A stretch of DNA of 64,000 nucleotides from positions 1,192,447-1,256,446 of the forward strand of contig JAQGDQ010000013.1 in NCBI GenBank assembly GCA_030141605.1, given 5' to 3'. The notes beneath the pieces are model-generated. The model worked only from the letters and a program-made list of their open reading frames with translations, was not told the DNA's origin and did no database searches. Position 1 is the stretch's first letter, and each line of letters opens with the position of its first letter. The DNA is from Tubiluchus corallicola (lineage: Eukaryota > Animalia > Priapulida). The position numbers were made by a program, and so were the translations under genes. This document shows, in pieces, positions 12,725 through 27,700 of the stretch.

Positions 12725-15700
12725 TTACCTCTTTTCATCTTCAGCCATTAGTTGACTAATCTAAAAAAAGATTAACAGCATCGATTACTATGAAAGTTGG
12801 GATGCAGTCCTATCAGAAACCACACAAACTGTCAGATGCATCTTTTACATCCAACAGCTTTTAAATTACCAGATAACTACGGCAACGGAAGCTGAAGATG
12901 TCCATCAAACCTACAAAACTAACTTGCCGTACCTCTGTACAGGTGAATTTTTTCTCTTTGGAATCTGGCAGAATTTTATGAGTGATAGTCACCAGAGTAA
13001 AACGTCATTAAATGACACAAACTTTACTAAATTTCAAGTGGACATTAGACCTAATCTTTCGAGAATGCGGACTTCATAAGAACAATTTAGTTTATAAAAA
13101 CATGACAAAATAATAATAGAACTAAGCGAAATTAAATGAATATGTAAGTTTGTTGTTCACCTGTGATTTGCAAAAACAAACCGCATTATCAACAGAAGAA
13201 ATCAGTTTACCCGAATAATGTGAAATATGCAAGTACCTGTGTTCTATACATTTCTTTAACATCTTGTAAGTCCAGTCGAAGTTCCTCGACTTGCTCTTCC
13301 TTCTCTCCATACATCTGCAGCACTGCATTGTAATGTGTCTGTAATTCCTGAGGTAAATGATAAAAACAAATGATATGATGGATAAAAACTAAGACTTCAA
13401 AAAAAAAGTATCCGTTAAAAAGTAACAGAAGGCAATAGCTGAACGACCAATGTCATTAAAAGCCAAATCCGGATCCTAAATGGATGACTGCCTGCAAGAA
13501 AACTGCTTCTGACAAAGCACATGAAAACATTTCAAGTTTTTGATACCACATTTTTGTGACGCAGTAAAGATGATGTCACAAACCCACAATTAAGTAAACT
13601 TTGAATGAAACTTGAAAGCAGCAAATGTGAAAAAGTTGGAATACAGCCTGGATTTGAACCATGGACCTTTTGCTTACATTACAGAGGCCTTAATCACTAG
13701 GCCACTGCATCTCACAATGGACTCAAGGCAGTCAAAAGTTCATCCCTATTAAAACTGGTCTAACAAATTTAGCAATTTACAGTGTGGAGAGAGATTCTAA
13801 CTAGTTGGATCATTTTTTTATTTTAATTAATTATGAGCTAAAATTCGGGTGAATGATCAATTAATTATTATAATATTGTATATTAATAATAATCTTGACT
13901 ATAATAATTAACACTGAAAAGAGTAATTCTGCTCTGATTTTATAAAATACTTGCTACTACAGTGTGTAATTCAGAAAAGTAAAACGTACTATATAATAAT
14001 CTACAATTGTGCAAACATCCAACACCCCACATTTTTCTTGCGTGTTTGTAATGCCATAATAACAGTAATTGCATTAATCAATGGGACATTTATCAACCTT
14101 AACAAAATACCTGATCCAATGAAGCAAAATATTATTGACGTTTTGACACATTTTTTACACTGTGGCGGTTGAAAAGTGTAAAGCAAATCCGAAAAAGAAA
14201 ATGTTTAGCTCAAACAATTATTTACATCGATATGTACAAGTGTCAGTTACTGTTTTTTTATAGCCAACTTGACAGCTAGTTAAACTCCTTAACAAAATCA
14301 GGTTTCCTGCAGGACTAAAAGAGTAGCAGTAATATGGATTTTATATGAAAACTTCGCATGGTAAGACAAGCCTATAATGATTGACTGATAACGTTCGACC
14401 ACCGTTACGTAACTCTTGCAGTGGCTGACAATGCTGCTGAGCTGTACGAGGAGCGAGAAAGCTTCCTACTGAGTAAAACGTTATGTATGTCAAGTTCTAG
14501 CAGAATATCCAAAGAAATTTTCACTTGTGTATTCTCCCACTATTGACTTGCCTGAGCATCCATGGTGGTTTAACATAGGCTGAACACTCGGTTCTAATGC
14601 TAATGAACAAATTAATATACATCAGCCAATCCATAATACAGTATTCTATGGACAAAAAGCTTTTTCTGCATCTCTGGAATAATTTACCCGTTGGTATATG
14701 CTCTACAAATTCATAGATTTGTTTTTTTGTGATGAATTATTTTTAATTTTTAACATCTTTTAAATTTCACGTTTTTACGTTTAAATTTTAAATGTATTTT
14801 ATTGCTCAGCGAGCTAAGATTTTAAATGACGTAGTACACTATATAAATAAATTTGACATTACATTTAGCAGTTTTGCAGCACTGTACGTAATGCCAAACA
14901 AAATTATTAGCGGGAATCTACCCTAATGAATATTCCAGATGCCTAACACAGCGTGAAGCTAACGTGTTTGACACCCGTCTGAATAAGGCAAGCCTGTTCT
15001 GAAGTCGCTTGGCCATGATCGTTGTTAATTAGGTGTTATATATTTTCCCACTACAGCGAACAACAGGGCTTAGCTGCAGTTTTACTGAAAACTGTTTTCA
15101 TGTGAAAGCCATATTAGCTGCTCCTAAAGCTATTCCAGAAATCTATAACCAGGAAACTGCTAATTTAAATTCATTACCTCAAAATTCATTAATAAAAATG
15201 TTTTTTCATTAAACAAACCTCGTAGTTCTTTTTAAGACCTGGTATTTCAGCCACTTTCTCTTCTAATTCGTTGTTCTTTGATGAAACGTCAACTAACTCT
15301 TTAGCCATAGACTCTCTAGTGTCTTCAAGTCTGGTAATGTCAGCCTATATACAGTAAAGGAAATGATATAATTTGAATTTCAAAATTCTGCAATCTGAAC
15401 CTGGCATGTGGTTTACGTATAAAATATTGACAAAAGCAATCTATGTCTAAGAACTTAAGTCAATCTGATCTTCATTAAACAACTTTTACAACTTTGCTTT
15501 TTACTGCATGCACAACAGCAAAATCAAGGACATAAAAATTACCACAAAATTTAATGACTTATCCAGTAAAACACTTCGATAAAGCAAACTGTGAATTCAG
15601 ACTAGTAAGTTTTCTTTCCTGGTTAACTGGGCAGGTAGCTCACCAAATAACTAACAAGAGTGTTAAGACTAGAAAGCAAAACTTGCCACGAGTTACTCTC

Positions 15701-18700
15701 CAATAGTAAGCGCGAGCTTGAACTTCTCTATTCACAGCCAGAAGTGTAGAGAGTAACTTCAGCAGGTGTTACTCTTGCAGCAAATGTCACAGAGTTTGAA
15801 TTATCTTGCCGAGAGTAACTTCAGCAGGTGTTACTCTTGCAGCAAATGTCACAGAGTTTGAAGTGTCTTGCCGAGAGTAACTCGCACCGTGCTATTTTGT
15901 TGTCAGAGAGAAAACTTGCTAGTCTAAAGGTGCCGTAAGAAACTCATATACAAATCAGCTTAAAGAACAATTTCTGCTTAATGATGCTTAACTAATTAAC
16001 TACATTATTATTCAACTGTAGAAACTCGAAATGACTGCTACTGAGCTAGCACTGATGTTCGGTAATATCTCATGTGAAAAGTATTATTACTGTGTTACTT
16101 CTCAACTGTGGAAAATCACTGATTTTACTAATTGCTATTAAACAAACAATGAAATCAAAGAGTATTTCATATCAGCATCTCTGGTACCTGAAGTTGTGCC
16201 AACTCTCCATCTTTCTGCTTCAGTGTTGATTGAAAATGTTCAATAAGAGCAGAGCTACTACCGTAGCGAAATGTATCTTGAAGGCTGGTACTACGCACCA
16301 TGCTGCCACTAGGGGACAGCACCATCCAATCATGAGTCGCTTCATCCTAAAATCACAAACGCTTACAAGTAACAGTGTTTTTCCAAGATTCAAAATGAAA
16401 ATTAAAAATTATTTTAGTTATGTTTAAAAACTTACTTATTTCACTTAAAAATTCTCTCTCTACCTAGGATGTAGCTTCTTATCTCAGACAGGTGCACATG
16501 GCATGTACACAACAGCCAAACATCACATCGCTGGAACAGTGAAGCGCACGGTTCCATACAACGATTTTTGTAATGTTTTCATGAACTAGGGAATGGCTAC
16601 TGACATTAAGCTTAAAGATTATATAACATACATGTATAAAGAAAGAATTAAAGAAAAAAGACTCAATATTTGGAATGTTATTGATAATATTGAGCAAAAA
16701 CAGTAACATTATTTCAAGTACATATATGTACACACGAGACGCCACTGGGATTAGCCGATGTGACAACTTGTAACCTGTAGTTATAGTGTGTTCATTGAAA
16801 ATTCATGGATCACATATCTTCACTTATTTCAAGCTACTTGCTCTACAACTTCGTGGGAATAATAGCTTTTTTACATACAATAGTCTAAAACAAATTCATT
16901 CAAACTTAGCAAAATTACAAAGTAGCAGCCAATATTTAGGAAGGTTGTGATGTTTGACAGTACCTGAGTAACTGATACGGACAATGGATCCATACTATCA
17001 GACATGCTAGGCAAGCTTCCCGTAGGTGATGCTCTTCCAGGGGATTGTATTGATGTCTGACTCTCATGACGCATGTATTTGGATCTTTCCTGTAATAATT
17101 ATATTTATACGGCTGAATTTCATAATACGATTTGCATCGAATGCAAATCTGCTTATCGTCTTAAGAAACTTAAAGGAAAGGCCAAATCTTCTGGAAAGTT
17201 TGGCTTATTTCAATGTTCGCAAAAAATGTTCAAAGGATTTAGAAATAAAACTTCTATACGCGCCTCGTGTAATTAGTAAAATCATTTTAAAGTCTCGATC
17301 ACTTCATGCTTGGGCGCTTCCATTTTCAATGCCCATTCTTCTTCCAATGACGTCATTCGTCTTGAAGAAAAGTAGCGCACTGTCAATCTTCACCAAAAGT
17401 ATAGTAAGTTTTTACAAAAAAATTAGTTAGCTAATTCTGTAATACGTTTGTGTGAACATTAGGTAAACTGCAGAAGTTTGAATACGTTTAAGCAGCGCGC
17501 ACTTACAGAAAGCCACGACGCGCTTACGAAAAGTCACAAAGTTTTCCAATTATGTCATTATTTTAAAATCGATGACGGCAACCATTTCTGTTCGCAACTA
17601 GTATATGTTATATTTGTGCTTTATAGACAGTTTTGTGCAAATTTCTTTAATATATTTTTTCTAAGTTTAAGTGATAACAGCAAAATAAACCCAACACCCA
17701 TAGTGGCTGTTTCTTTTCTTTAATACTATCAATTTGCTTTTTTCTGTGGGAATATTAATATAAACATACATACTACTTCCATTTATGCAATTAAAGGATG
17801 ACTCATTCACACTTGGCAGAAAGAGTGTTACTAATGTAAACATTGTAGAGGCTTCAAGAAAACACTCTACTTAACTAATTTGTGTACTAATGCAAACTAT
17901 AGGCAATTATATAGGTTTTATAGATTTTCGAAAATCGTTCTTAAAAAGCCAAATGGTATTATCAAGTCTATATAAACAGATAAAAAATGAATTAAAATGG
18001 GTTAAAAAGAGTTAATAGTAATCTTTATAATAATACGTTCAACATAAATAATTGTACAGCAAAACTTCTACTTGAAAGATTTAAGAATTTATTTAATAAG
18101 CCTGAAATCAATCTTTAACCCAGTTAGGTATTATATATTTTAATTTTTACTGTATGAATATGGTAATCATTTTTGATATAATATTTGATATTTTTTATGT
18201 TTAAAAGACAAATTTACCTTCTCTGTAAGTGCTTTGTGAGCAAGAACAAGTTTTTTCTTCTCAGTTTCAACTTTAAGCCTCTCCATTTCTAGCTGATTTT
18301 CAAAAAGGACACCCTGTCGCTTCAAATCGCTTATCTGATCTTGAAATTTTTGCTCAGCAATTCTGTACTGGCACATGTCCCTGCAAGTATCAATAAAGCA
18401 CCAAAATTTTTTTACGAGAACCTGCTTCTTAAAATTTCTATACCAGCTTGCCGTGAACAAGCCATGCAGTGTACGAGCTCAAAATCTACATTTGCATTCA
18501 TCAGGGCAATGACTTACATCGAAATAAGAAAGCACACAGGATTTCTGTGTCGATTATACAAAGCTACATCTGTGAGTCGAAACAAAATATGTAATAACGT
18601 TAGTGTAATGCAAAGTTGAAGCAAAAGATTAATATTATTTACACATGGTAGGCACAAAGAAGCACAAGAAATAAAACAAGACTTTGCTCACTTATTAAAA

Positions 18701-21700
18701 ATCAAAATTGAAACTAGTGAAAGTTGGATAACACGCTGCTGCATATAATCAATCTTACAAGTTTCGGGTTTTAATATTTTACATTTTTTCTTTGTTTTTT
18801 GCCCAAAAACAAGTAATAATCTAATGAAGCTGCCTTATTTTTTATGAAATTCTCTGGGTAAATCGAAGGAAACAATAGATAAAATCTCAACCTTAGAACG
18901 ATACAATTTTAAGCGGATTCATTCGAATTAAACAAAATCAGTGGTAAACTTCTAAAACATTTCTAACAAAACTATCCAAATTTAAAGGAGATTAAGAGAA
19001 AAAGGAGATTAAGACAAAGGAGATTAAGATAAAAAGGAGATTAAGAGAAAACACGCCTCCACATACTTGGCATGATTTTCTTCAACTGTTTCAAGTTTGG
19101 CCTTCAACGTGTTCAATTCCACAATTGCAGTGGATTTCTCCTGTCTCAACAAGGAAGTCTGAGACTCGAGAGAAGCAACTGTGGATGTTAGCTCAATGCA
19201 GCGCTCAGACAACATGTTTCCCTTCTCTGTAGCAGCTGCTAACTGACATTGCGTATCGACTAGATAAAATAACAGAATTTATTAACATTTGGTGTTTAAT
19301 GCAACAAAACTAGACACAACACTATCAATGGCTGTATAGTTTTAACAAAAAGAAATGAGAAGTACATGAAAAAGCCAAACTCAAGGAATCTCACGAATAA
19401 GGTACAAGAATTTTTTACGTTTTTCTATAGTCTCTCTAAGTTTTTTCACTTGTTTTCTGGCAAGTTAAATTTCACTCCTTTGATATTTTATATTTTGCTG
19501 CCTTGGTAGCTGCAGTGTTACAAATGTAATGATTCTGCTTTTTGGCTTAACTTCAGTATTGACAATGATGCCTACATCGAAGCGATGGCTTGCACTCACT
19601 AAACAACACTTAGAAACGGAAACAATTTTACTATCTTTGTTTGGCATGGTGCAAGCCAAAATCCAGCCAAAAGCCAAAAAGGCTTAGTTAACGCAGATGT
19701 TGTGGGTGAGATAGAAGCCTAGTTTCATTATCAATGTTATGTCTCCAAAACAAGAGACCGAACTGTCTTGTACGGACGTACAAATCCTCTTTTAATGAAA
19801 TAAACAGCTACAGTCAATATGATGAATGAAACTACGCAGAACAAGCATTAAAGCTGGTCACCCATCCAGTTGCAATAAAGCTTAGCCTTAAGATATTAAG
19901 CACAACATTGTTACAGCTTGGCTATGCTCTTCACCTCCTGAATTAATGCTACTAACACAAACACTTCACTAATAAATCAATAATTACTTTCCAGGCACTT
20001 AAGTATCGGGAGAAACTTTACGGATACATAAACAACAAAAACGTACGAATCCTGTCATTGAGGTTCTTCTCAATGGCTTCCCAGGAATGTGACTGTTGAT
20101 CAAAGTGGCTCTGGAAATTTTCTATCTGTCGCAGTAGTGGCCTCGTTGCTGTAATGTAAAAAATGCGGCTTCATTTGATAATCAAAATTCCAACCCAGGT
20201 AACTTATCAGTCCCATGGACATCTTTGTTACAATCTACTGGACAGAATCACAATTGAACTGATTAAATGTTGCATTAATTAGATGAACCATTTGATGATT
20301 GACTTTAGCAAAAAAGATAGATTCACAATAACATTTACAAATTGAATATTAAAAATTTCCTACACACCTCAAAAAGTACAAAGCAATGGGTATTGTATTA
20401 ATAGACATTTTAATTAATGAAACTTACGTGGCTCTAAACCTGCCACTCAAATCATTATTATGAACAGATAAATGTGCATAAGTTCCATATATATATATAT
20501 ATTCTTAAACTTTCATATTACGTTTAATGAAATGAAGGAAAATATACATTGCCACTGGGTAATGTTTTGTTTTTGATTTTTATGACAGTCAATAAACATT
20601 GATAATAATAAAATATAAAAATAAAACAATACGTATTGGAACATTTCGCAATGAGTCAAAAATATCAGCGCATTTCGCATTTCTTGACTGTCACACTTGT
20701 GCTGACATTCACCGCTTACAAACCTTACATAACATTATAGAGATATTAACATATTGATGTTTGTACATCAGTCATAAACGAAAACCTATATACAATGTAA
20801 CATGAAAACTATACTTTGATACACTGACATAACACCATTATAAAAAGTGGTTACCATGGTCACAAACTACTAAACGGTTTCAGTTAAACCTCTACCTTGT
20901 GAAACACTTTGGGTAAGCTCTTGACAGCGTGTTTCAGATTCCTGAAGTCTTTCCTGTAAATCGGATATTTCTAGACGAAGTTGATCCTGCCGTCGTGAGT
21001 GCTGCAGTTCCATCCTGGACAAACTCTTCTGTAGGTCATCAATCTGCAATGAAAAAATATGATTGGCTTAAACCAGATAATCAGCTCAATGCCTTCTGAT
21101 TGGCTTAAACCAGATAATCAGCTCAATGCCTTCTGATTGGCTTAAACCAGATAATCAGCTCAATGCCTTCTGATTGGCTTAAGCCAGATAATCAGTTCAG
21201 TGCCTTCTGATTACATACATGAGTACATACTGTATCAAAATAAAATAAGTCAGTTTTTTATAAAAAAGAACTAATGGCAGAATTAGCACCAAACAAGAGG
21301 CACTTTTATTAAAGGAAAACAGAACAATTTTTCAAACCACACCTCATATCATCTGGATCTAAAATATACATTTTATTATCTAAAATAATAACTAAAATAT
21401 TTCTGACATTTCTTTATTCATTTAGAAACTTAATTAACGTTTCTACCTGAAAACATTGGGTGAAATTCTTTCATGACAAGAACCTCTCACTAGCATCTTA
21501 AACATAACTGCAAAAGCAAAAATTCAAATACTGTGCTGCCATGTGGCATTCACTACGAAGCACGCAATTTTGGCAAATTCAAATTACTCGTCATGGCAAA
21601 TGCAAAACAACCAGTATTTTAAGCACAATGCACATTTTTGAGAAATAGCCTTTGTATGGCTAAGAACGTATAAAAATGAGACCTCCGTAGTAATAAATAT

Positions 21701-24700
21701 TTGAACGTAACTAAATTTTAAAGAAACAGTGTTTTCCTCTCTAATACCTAATACATTAGATTTCTGTGAGGTATGATCTAAAATTCGATATGGATTTCCT
21801 TTAATTATGAGAAGTGGCATCTTTATTTCGCAAGAAAACCATGTGAACAAATGTTTAAATGTGACCCTAGAAAGTTGTGTGAAAAGTTACTGGTATTTTA
21901 TACATACTTTCATTAACAACACATCCCGCTCCTCGTTTGCTTGTTGCACGGCTTTTTCCACAGCAATTCTCATTTCTTCTTTCATAGCCATCTCCGCGCT
22001 AAGCTTCGCATCTTCTGCCAGACTCTCTTTACTTATAATGCATTTGTTCAACTCTGCTATTTCCCTGAAACAAAAATCACAACAACAAATTGAAAAACAA
22101 ACTTTTATACACACAATATCATCCCTAATTCATGATGAAGGAGATAACGTAACATCTAAAGTTAAGCAACAGTGGACTCGTTAGTAAACAGATAGGTGGT
22201 AGACAGAAGAATGGCTTCTAGGGAACTACCTCGGGCTATCTTTTTGAAGAGGCATACCTATTTATACAACCAACCAAACATCTTTAAAAAAATCCTTTGC
22301 CAGTTCATGGCTCATTTTTTATTAGGTGCTAGAGCCCAGTCCTGCCACAATCATCTACATCAACTAAGTCCTGCAAGTAAATCTTTGCAGTGTGTTGAAC
22401 TGCATGAAGGAACACCTCACCTAACAATTAATAGATATTATCTTTGTTCAGACAATAATCTGTCAAGGCTCTAAGATGTACAAATTGCAAGCAAACAAAT
22501 ACGACATTTTGATCAAATAAAAACAAAAACTTTCACATTTAGTCAATGAAAAAGGCCTGTCAAAAAGTAACGCAGTGAACAAGAAATTACGTTGCTTTAA
22601 TTTCGTTTGTGAGTTCATGAAAGTTTTAAATTGTTTTATATAAATTAATTCCACATTGGCATGACTAAGCCTTGGCCAGTAAACAATCGTCCATTATAAA
22701 AAAATTAATTTGCACTATTACAGAAAGGAAATAAATAAATAAAGAAAGCAAAGCAGAATGATAAAGTTTTACTCCTCAGACAGGGACGTTTTAGAAACTT
22801 GGGATGTCCTTTCTTAGTGACCCACATTTTCATCAAGTTTTTCATTGTTTTAGTAATTTTGGATGTCCTTTCTTAGTGACCCACATTTTCATCACATTTT
22901 TTCGTTGTTTTAGTAATTTTGGATGTCCTTTCTTAGTGACCCACATTTTCATCACATTTTTTCGTTGTTTTACTAATTTTGGATATCCTTTCTAAGTGAC
23001 CCACATTTTCATTACATTTTTTCGTTGTAGTCAACATAAATGAAATTCACCTAGACAGTAGGCATACAGATGTTACATTTCAATACAAAAATGCTGGGTA
23101 CTTCTAGCAACAAATGCAAACATTGCAAGCTTTACGACTATCTTTGTTTTCCTTGTCTAGGAGCGGCAGCTCAAAGGTTGTTTTCGTGAATATCTAGCAC
23201 AACAGTTTTAGTTGAGAAATGATAAATTCCACATAAAACATGTTGGAAAGGAGTCACACTTGATGAATGATAATTACATTCAATTTTCCACAAAGTTTGT
23301 CAAAAATAAACACATACAAAGGAACTTTATTTGAGTCATTGTATGATAATGTGTATAAGCTCATCTTAGAATGCCTTTGAAGTTTACAGGACTGTTGTAA
23401 GCACACGACACAGCAATGTTCAAAATAGCTTACAAATTTAAAGCTTTAATTTTAAAATATTGCCTACACATCCTTCTCAAGCACAACGTTAAAGCCAGTC
23501 AACTGAAAAACATAAAATCAATAAAAAAGCCTGATAGAAGTGCTTCCAACCATTCACAAAGATTTACATTGTGACATTATTACAGTACAGCCAAGACTGA
23601 ATTTAGAGACCTGTCAAAGAAAGTTCAATAAGTGCAGCATGACAGGTGAAGCAAGGTTGTATTTCATTTTGCTGATGCTACCTATAGTAACAACATGTAA
23701 TTCACTATATTTTTCTTTGGATGGAAATAGCTAAATGGTGACCAATTGTGATGAAATAGCTAAATTCCGGGAATTAAATGGATAGGTGACCAATGTAAAA
23801 CTGCTTCAATGTAATTTCTACTGTCAGGTGTCCATAGGCATTTACTGCATTTATGAAAGACGTACACATGCATTCAAATGCGGCCAAGCCACCATTGGTA
23901 GTTTACTGCTGACCTTGATAATGCTTTAATCAAAAGCACAAACCCGTTAAATTACCCATATTTTTTAAACCATACATGGTACAACTACACTCGAGGTTTC
24001 AGCGCCTAACACACCAAAAAGTAGGACAGGTCATATCATGCTACAACCTGGTCGGCTAAGTACGACACCAAACTACATGGAAAAGAGAAATGAACCTTAA
24101 TCCTAAGGTGACATTTGTAAGAAATATACTTACTTGTACGACGTGTCTAAAGTTGCTTGCATACTTTTCATCTTATCCTGCGACTCCTCTACCTCGGTCT
24201 GTTTAAATACAAAAATTTGTTAAAAATGCAGCAGTATTAAAATTTAAAGTGTCAAGTACTTTTGTTTACAGGGCTCGGCTAAATCAGATGTATGTATCTT
24301 TGTTCAACTGACAAACTTTCAATTCCTTGTCTTTTCACTAACTGCAATTTCATGTATTTTAGTTCTTCATATTATTACTATCGTCATTGTCATCGTCGTC
24401 ATCATCATGATCATCATCATCATCATTATTATTTATCATCTTTACTATTACTATTATTTTGACTATAATCTGTAAAAGCGAGGTCCGGCAAACCGAGATA
24501 TGAGTGTAGTCGCTGCTTTATGCACAGGTGCTACTTCAGCTTCCCTACTTTTACAACAACATTGAAAAGTTTATCCAACGGCTATGTATCATAACATTTC
24601 TAACGTTATAGAATTAAAATGACTTCTGCACACAATTTACGTTAAAAAAATGAAAACCAGACAACCTTGGCAATAGACAGTTCTCGTTTCTGTGCCGTTA

Positions 24701-27700
24701 CTAAAGCGTTTAGTTGTTTAATAGCATCCACATGTTTCTTCTCCATTTCTTCACGTGCATCTAAGACTTTATGCAAACGTTCAATCTCGGCAGATTGTTC
24801 ATCAAGTTTCTCCCTAACGACAGCATTTCATACAAACATTCAAAAATGCTAAATTGATCTTAAGCATCTCTTTAACAATAAAATGATACGTAAATATTTA
24901 TTACAAAGAAATTCTCTCATTTATTAATTAATTTATCTACTAATAATACTGATAAATAAAGTATATAATATCTAAAAGATGCAAGTAAATAGTATTTTAA
25001 ATATACAGACATAAATGATGACGGAGAGAGTCAATGTCCCATCATTAAATAAACACTTCACAAACTTCACATAACCATTTCGTATCAAAAATGCATTTTG
25101 TGAAAGTGCAGCCTGTACTTAAGTGTTAACTGAATATTAGTATACAGAGAAGATGATGTAGAAATATGATGTGTCAAGGATTAATTAATAATGACGAATA
25201 AGTGTGAAGCCTTTTTGATCATCTATAGCAAAAGTCTCTAAAGTAATCAATATTGACTTCTGCGGGTCGATTGGGCTATCCAAACAGTCGATAAGCACCC
25301 AGGGGTCAAGAAGGGTTTGATAAATGCCTCAGGGTCAAGAAGGGGTTGATAAACGCTAGGGGCTGTTTGGAGTTTCGATGATGACTTACGACAGATACTC
25401 ACCAATCTCCAACCAAATATCAAAACCCTTACTGACTGCTCTTCAAACACATCCTTCGCATTAATGATGTCAACAATTTGAATAAAACGTTATGTTAATT
25501 TTTTTAATGTATTCAATTTTATCTGTATTATTTATGAATATTATTTCTCTCTCATTATAATTATTGACGTTAAATTTGGCATTGAAACTACTGGTAATGC
25601 AAATGTAGCGCACGCTTATAGCATAGGGATATGAAAACTTTAGCTTGTCTGTACTGTACTTAAACAGAAATTACACATCTACTTAATTATCATTAATATT
25701 TATTTTTCATACAAGCCTGGGGGTCGATGAGAAATCAAAGATTCCACGAAGAGGTGAATGGTCTAAAAAGTTTGGGGATTCCTGGTCTAGAGTTATTTGC
25801 ACACAGGTAAGTAATAAACTGAGACACGAGACACAAGAGATTTGAAAAAGCATTGATATGACATATTTCAATGATGATTAATAATGACAAATAAACAATT
25901 CATGTTTAAAAAAGAATTTGCAGAGAAAGTAAAGCATTCCTACTTTTGCTTTTGCAGTAAAACTTCGTGCTCCTTTTCCTTGGTTCTCAATTTCTTAATT
26001 ACAGTTGACTGCTGAAGATTCTGCTTTGATAACTTCTCACCTACAAAGACACATAATCACGTGTAGCATTTGGTATCAATACTTTTATTACCAGCTAGGC
26101 AATGTGTCATTAATATGTTTGTAGAACATTTGAGAACTTGTATTTTCTTTGCAATACAACAAAATGACCAAAGCATTTCCAAAAAGCAAAATTATAATTA
26201 ATTCTTTGAGCACGCAACCGGATAGTGGTCGATCAAAGGCTGTACTGCGATTGACCACTCACAGAGTTGATAGTGACAAGTGACCTTCAGAGAAGTTAAA
26301 AATAACTGTTGACTTTCAGCAAAGATAGAACTGAAATTTAACTTTTACCAAAAGTAAAAAGTGACCCTTGATATTCAGCAAAGTTGGAAGTGACCTTCTA
26401 TTTTTAGCAAAGGTAAAAAGTGACATTTAATATTCAGCAAAGTTGTAAGTGACCTTCTATTTTTAGCAAAGGTAAAAAGTGACCTTTGAGCAAAGGTGGA
26501 AGCAATCTTTAACTTTTAGCAAAGTCATTAATGCACCAACTGTAAGCAAAATCTCAGTATTCTGAGAAGACATTTTTAATTCATATGTAAAATTTTAGTC
26601 ATAATGGCAGCAGTATTAGCGCTCGCAACAGACACGTGAACAGGCAATAAAACGACTGACAGGTACAGCGTCCAATTAATAGGTAAAATATGGTTTATTA
26701 TCGTACCGCATGGCTTCGCAGCAAGCATTCATCTTAGCAGGATGATTATTTGATGACTGTGGCGCTTACTGTGAACCGCTAGTGTCGCTTGTCGCACGTG
26801 TACGTTCACCGCGTTTGAGTTTCGTATCGATCGAATTCTCGCTAGGTTATATGATTATGATCAGACTGGCGAAGTGTTTTTCCAGAGTTCCCGTTCTATT
26901 TAGCCTCGGAAGTGAGATTTTTACCTTGCCGCCTATTTCCGGTGTCAGAACATTCAGTACCATCGCGACAGACGTATCATCATAGCTTCCTGCAGGACTG
27001 AAGTGTTATGGTACAGTAACTATAATTATTCTTTTCAAGTGTAGATCTTGAATTAGAGAAGTTTGGTTTTTAAACATTTTCAAAAAGAGAAGTGTTAGAT
27101 CATTTTAACTAGTTCGGAAGGAGTTTACAATTCCCCACACAATTTACATATCCTAAACATAAAACTAATCCTAATCGTAATACAAACCCTAACGCTATTT
27201 CTAATCCTAATCCGCTTCACGAACTAATTTATTGTGTGCGGGGAATTGTGAACTTTAGCCACTAGTTCAAATATAGAAGATTGGTTTTTAAAAATTTGCA
27301 AGAAAGAACATTAAGACATTTTTATTTGTTACAAATACAAGAGTTTACATCTGCTATAGCTATTTCAAACGGAAAAATCACAGTGAACAGGTATGCGCGT
27401 TTGTTTATTAAACTGTATTTTTAAATGTGATCTTGTTATAATTTCCCGAGCGAAGTAGGTAACTACGGAAATATTGTTTCTGTCTGTCTGTCAGTCCGTC
27501 TGTAACGGTCTGTTGCCACTTTTTCTCATTTCTTGAGTCTGGAGTAATATAGAAAGTTGATACCTGGCACAGTGTCGGAGCTCCTAAACCTTTGGGTAAA
27601 TGGGTGCTGATTCGGATTTTTTACGAATTCGTTTAAAACAACTCGTGCTGCAATCTGCCTGCACGACCAAATTAATTACGACTGATTAGCAAGGTATCAG

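Noticed and set aside
21061-21208. 37-bp repeats of CRISPR-like length
   Set aside because: Contiguous copies without spacers; an ordinary minisatellite.
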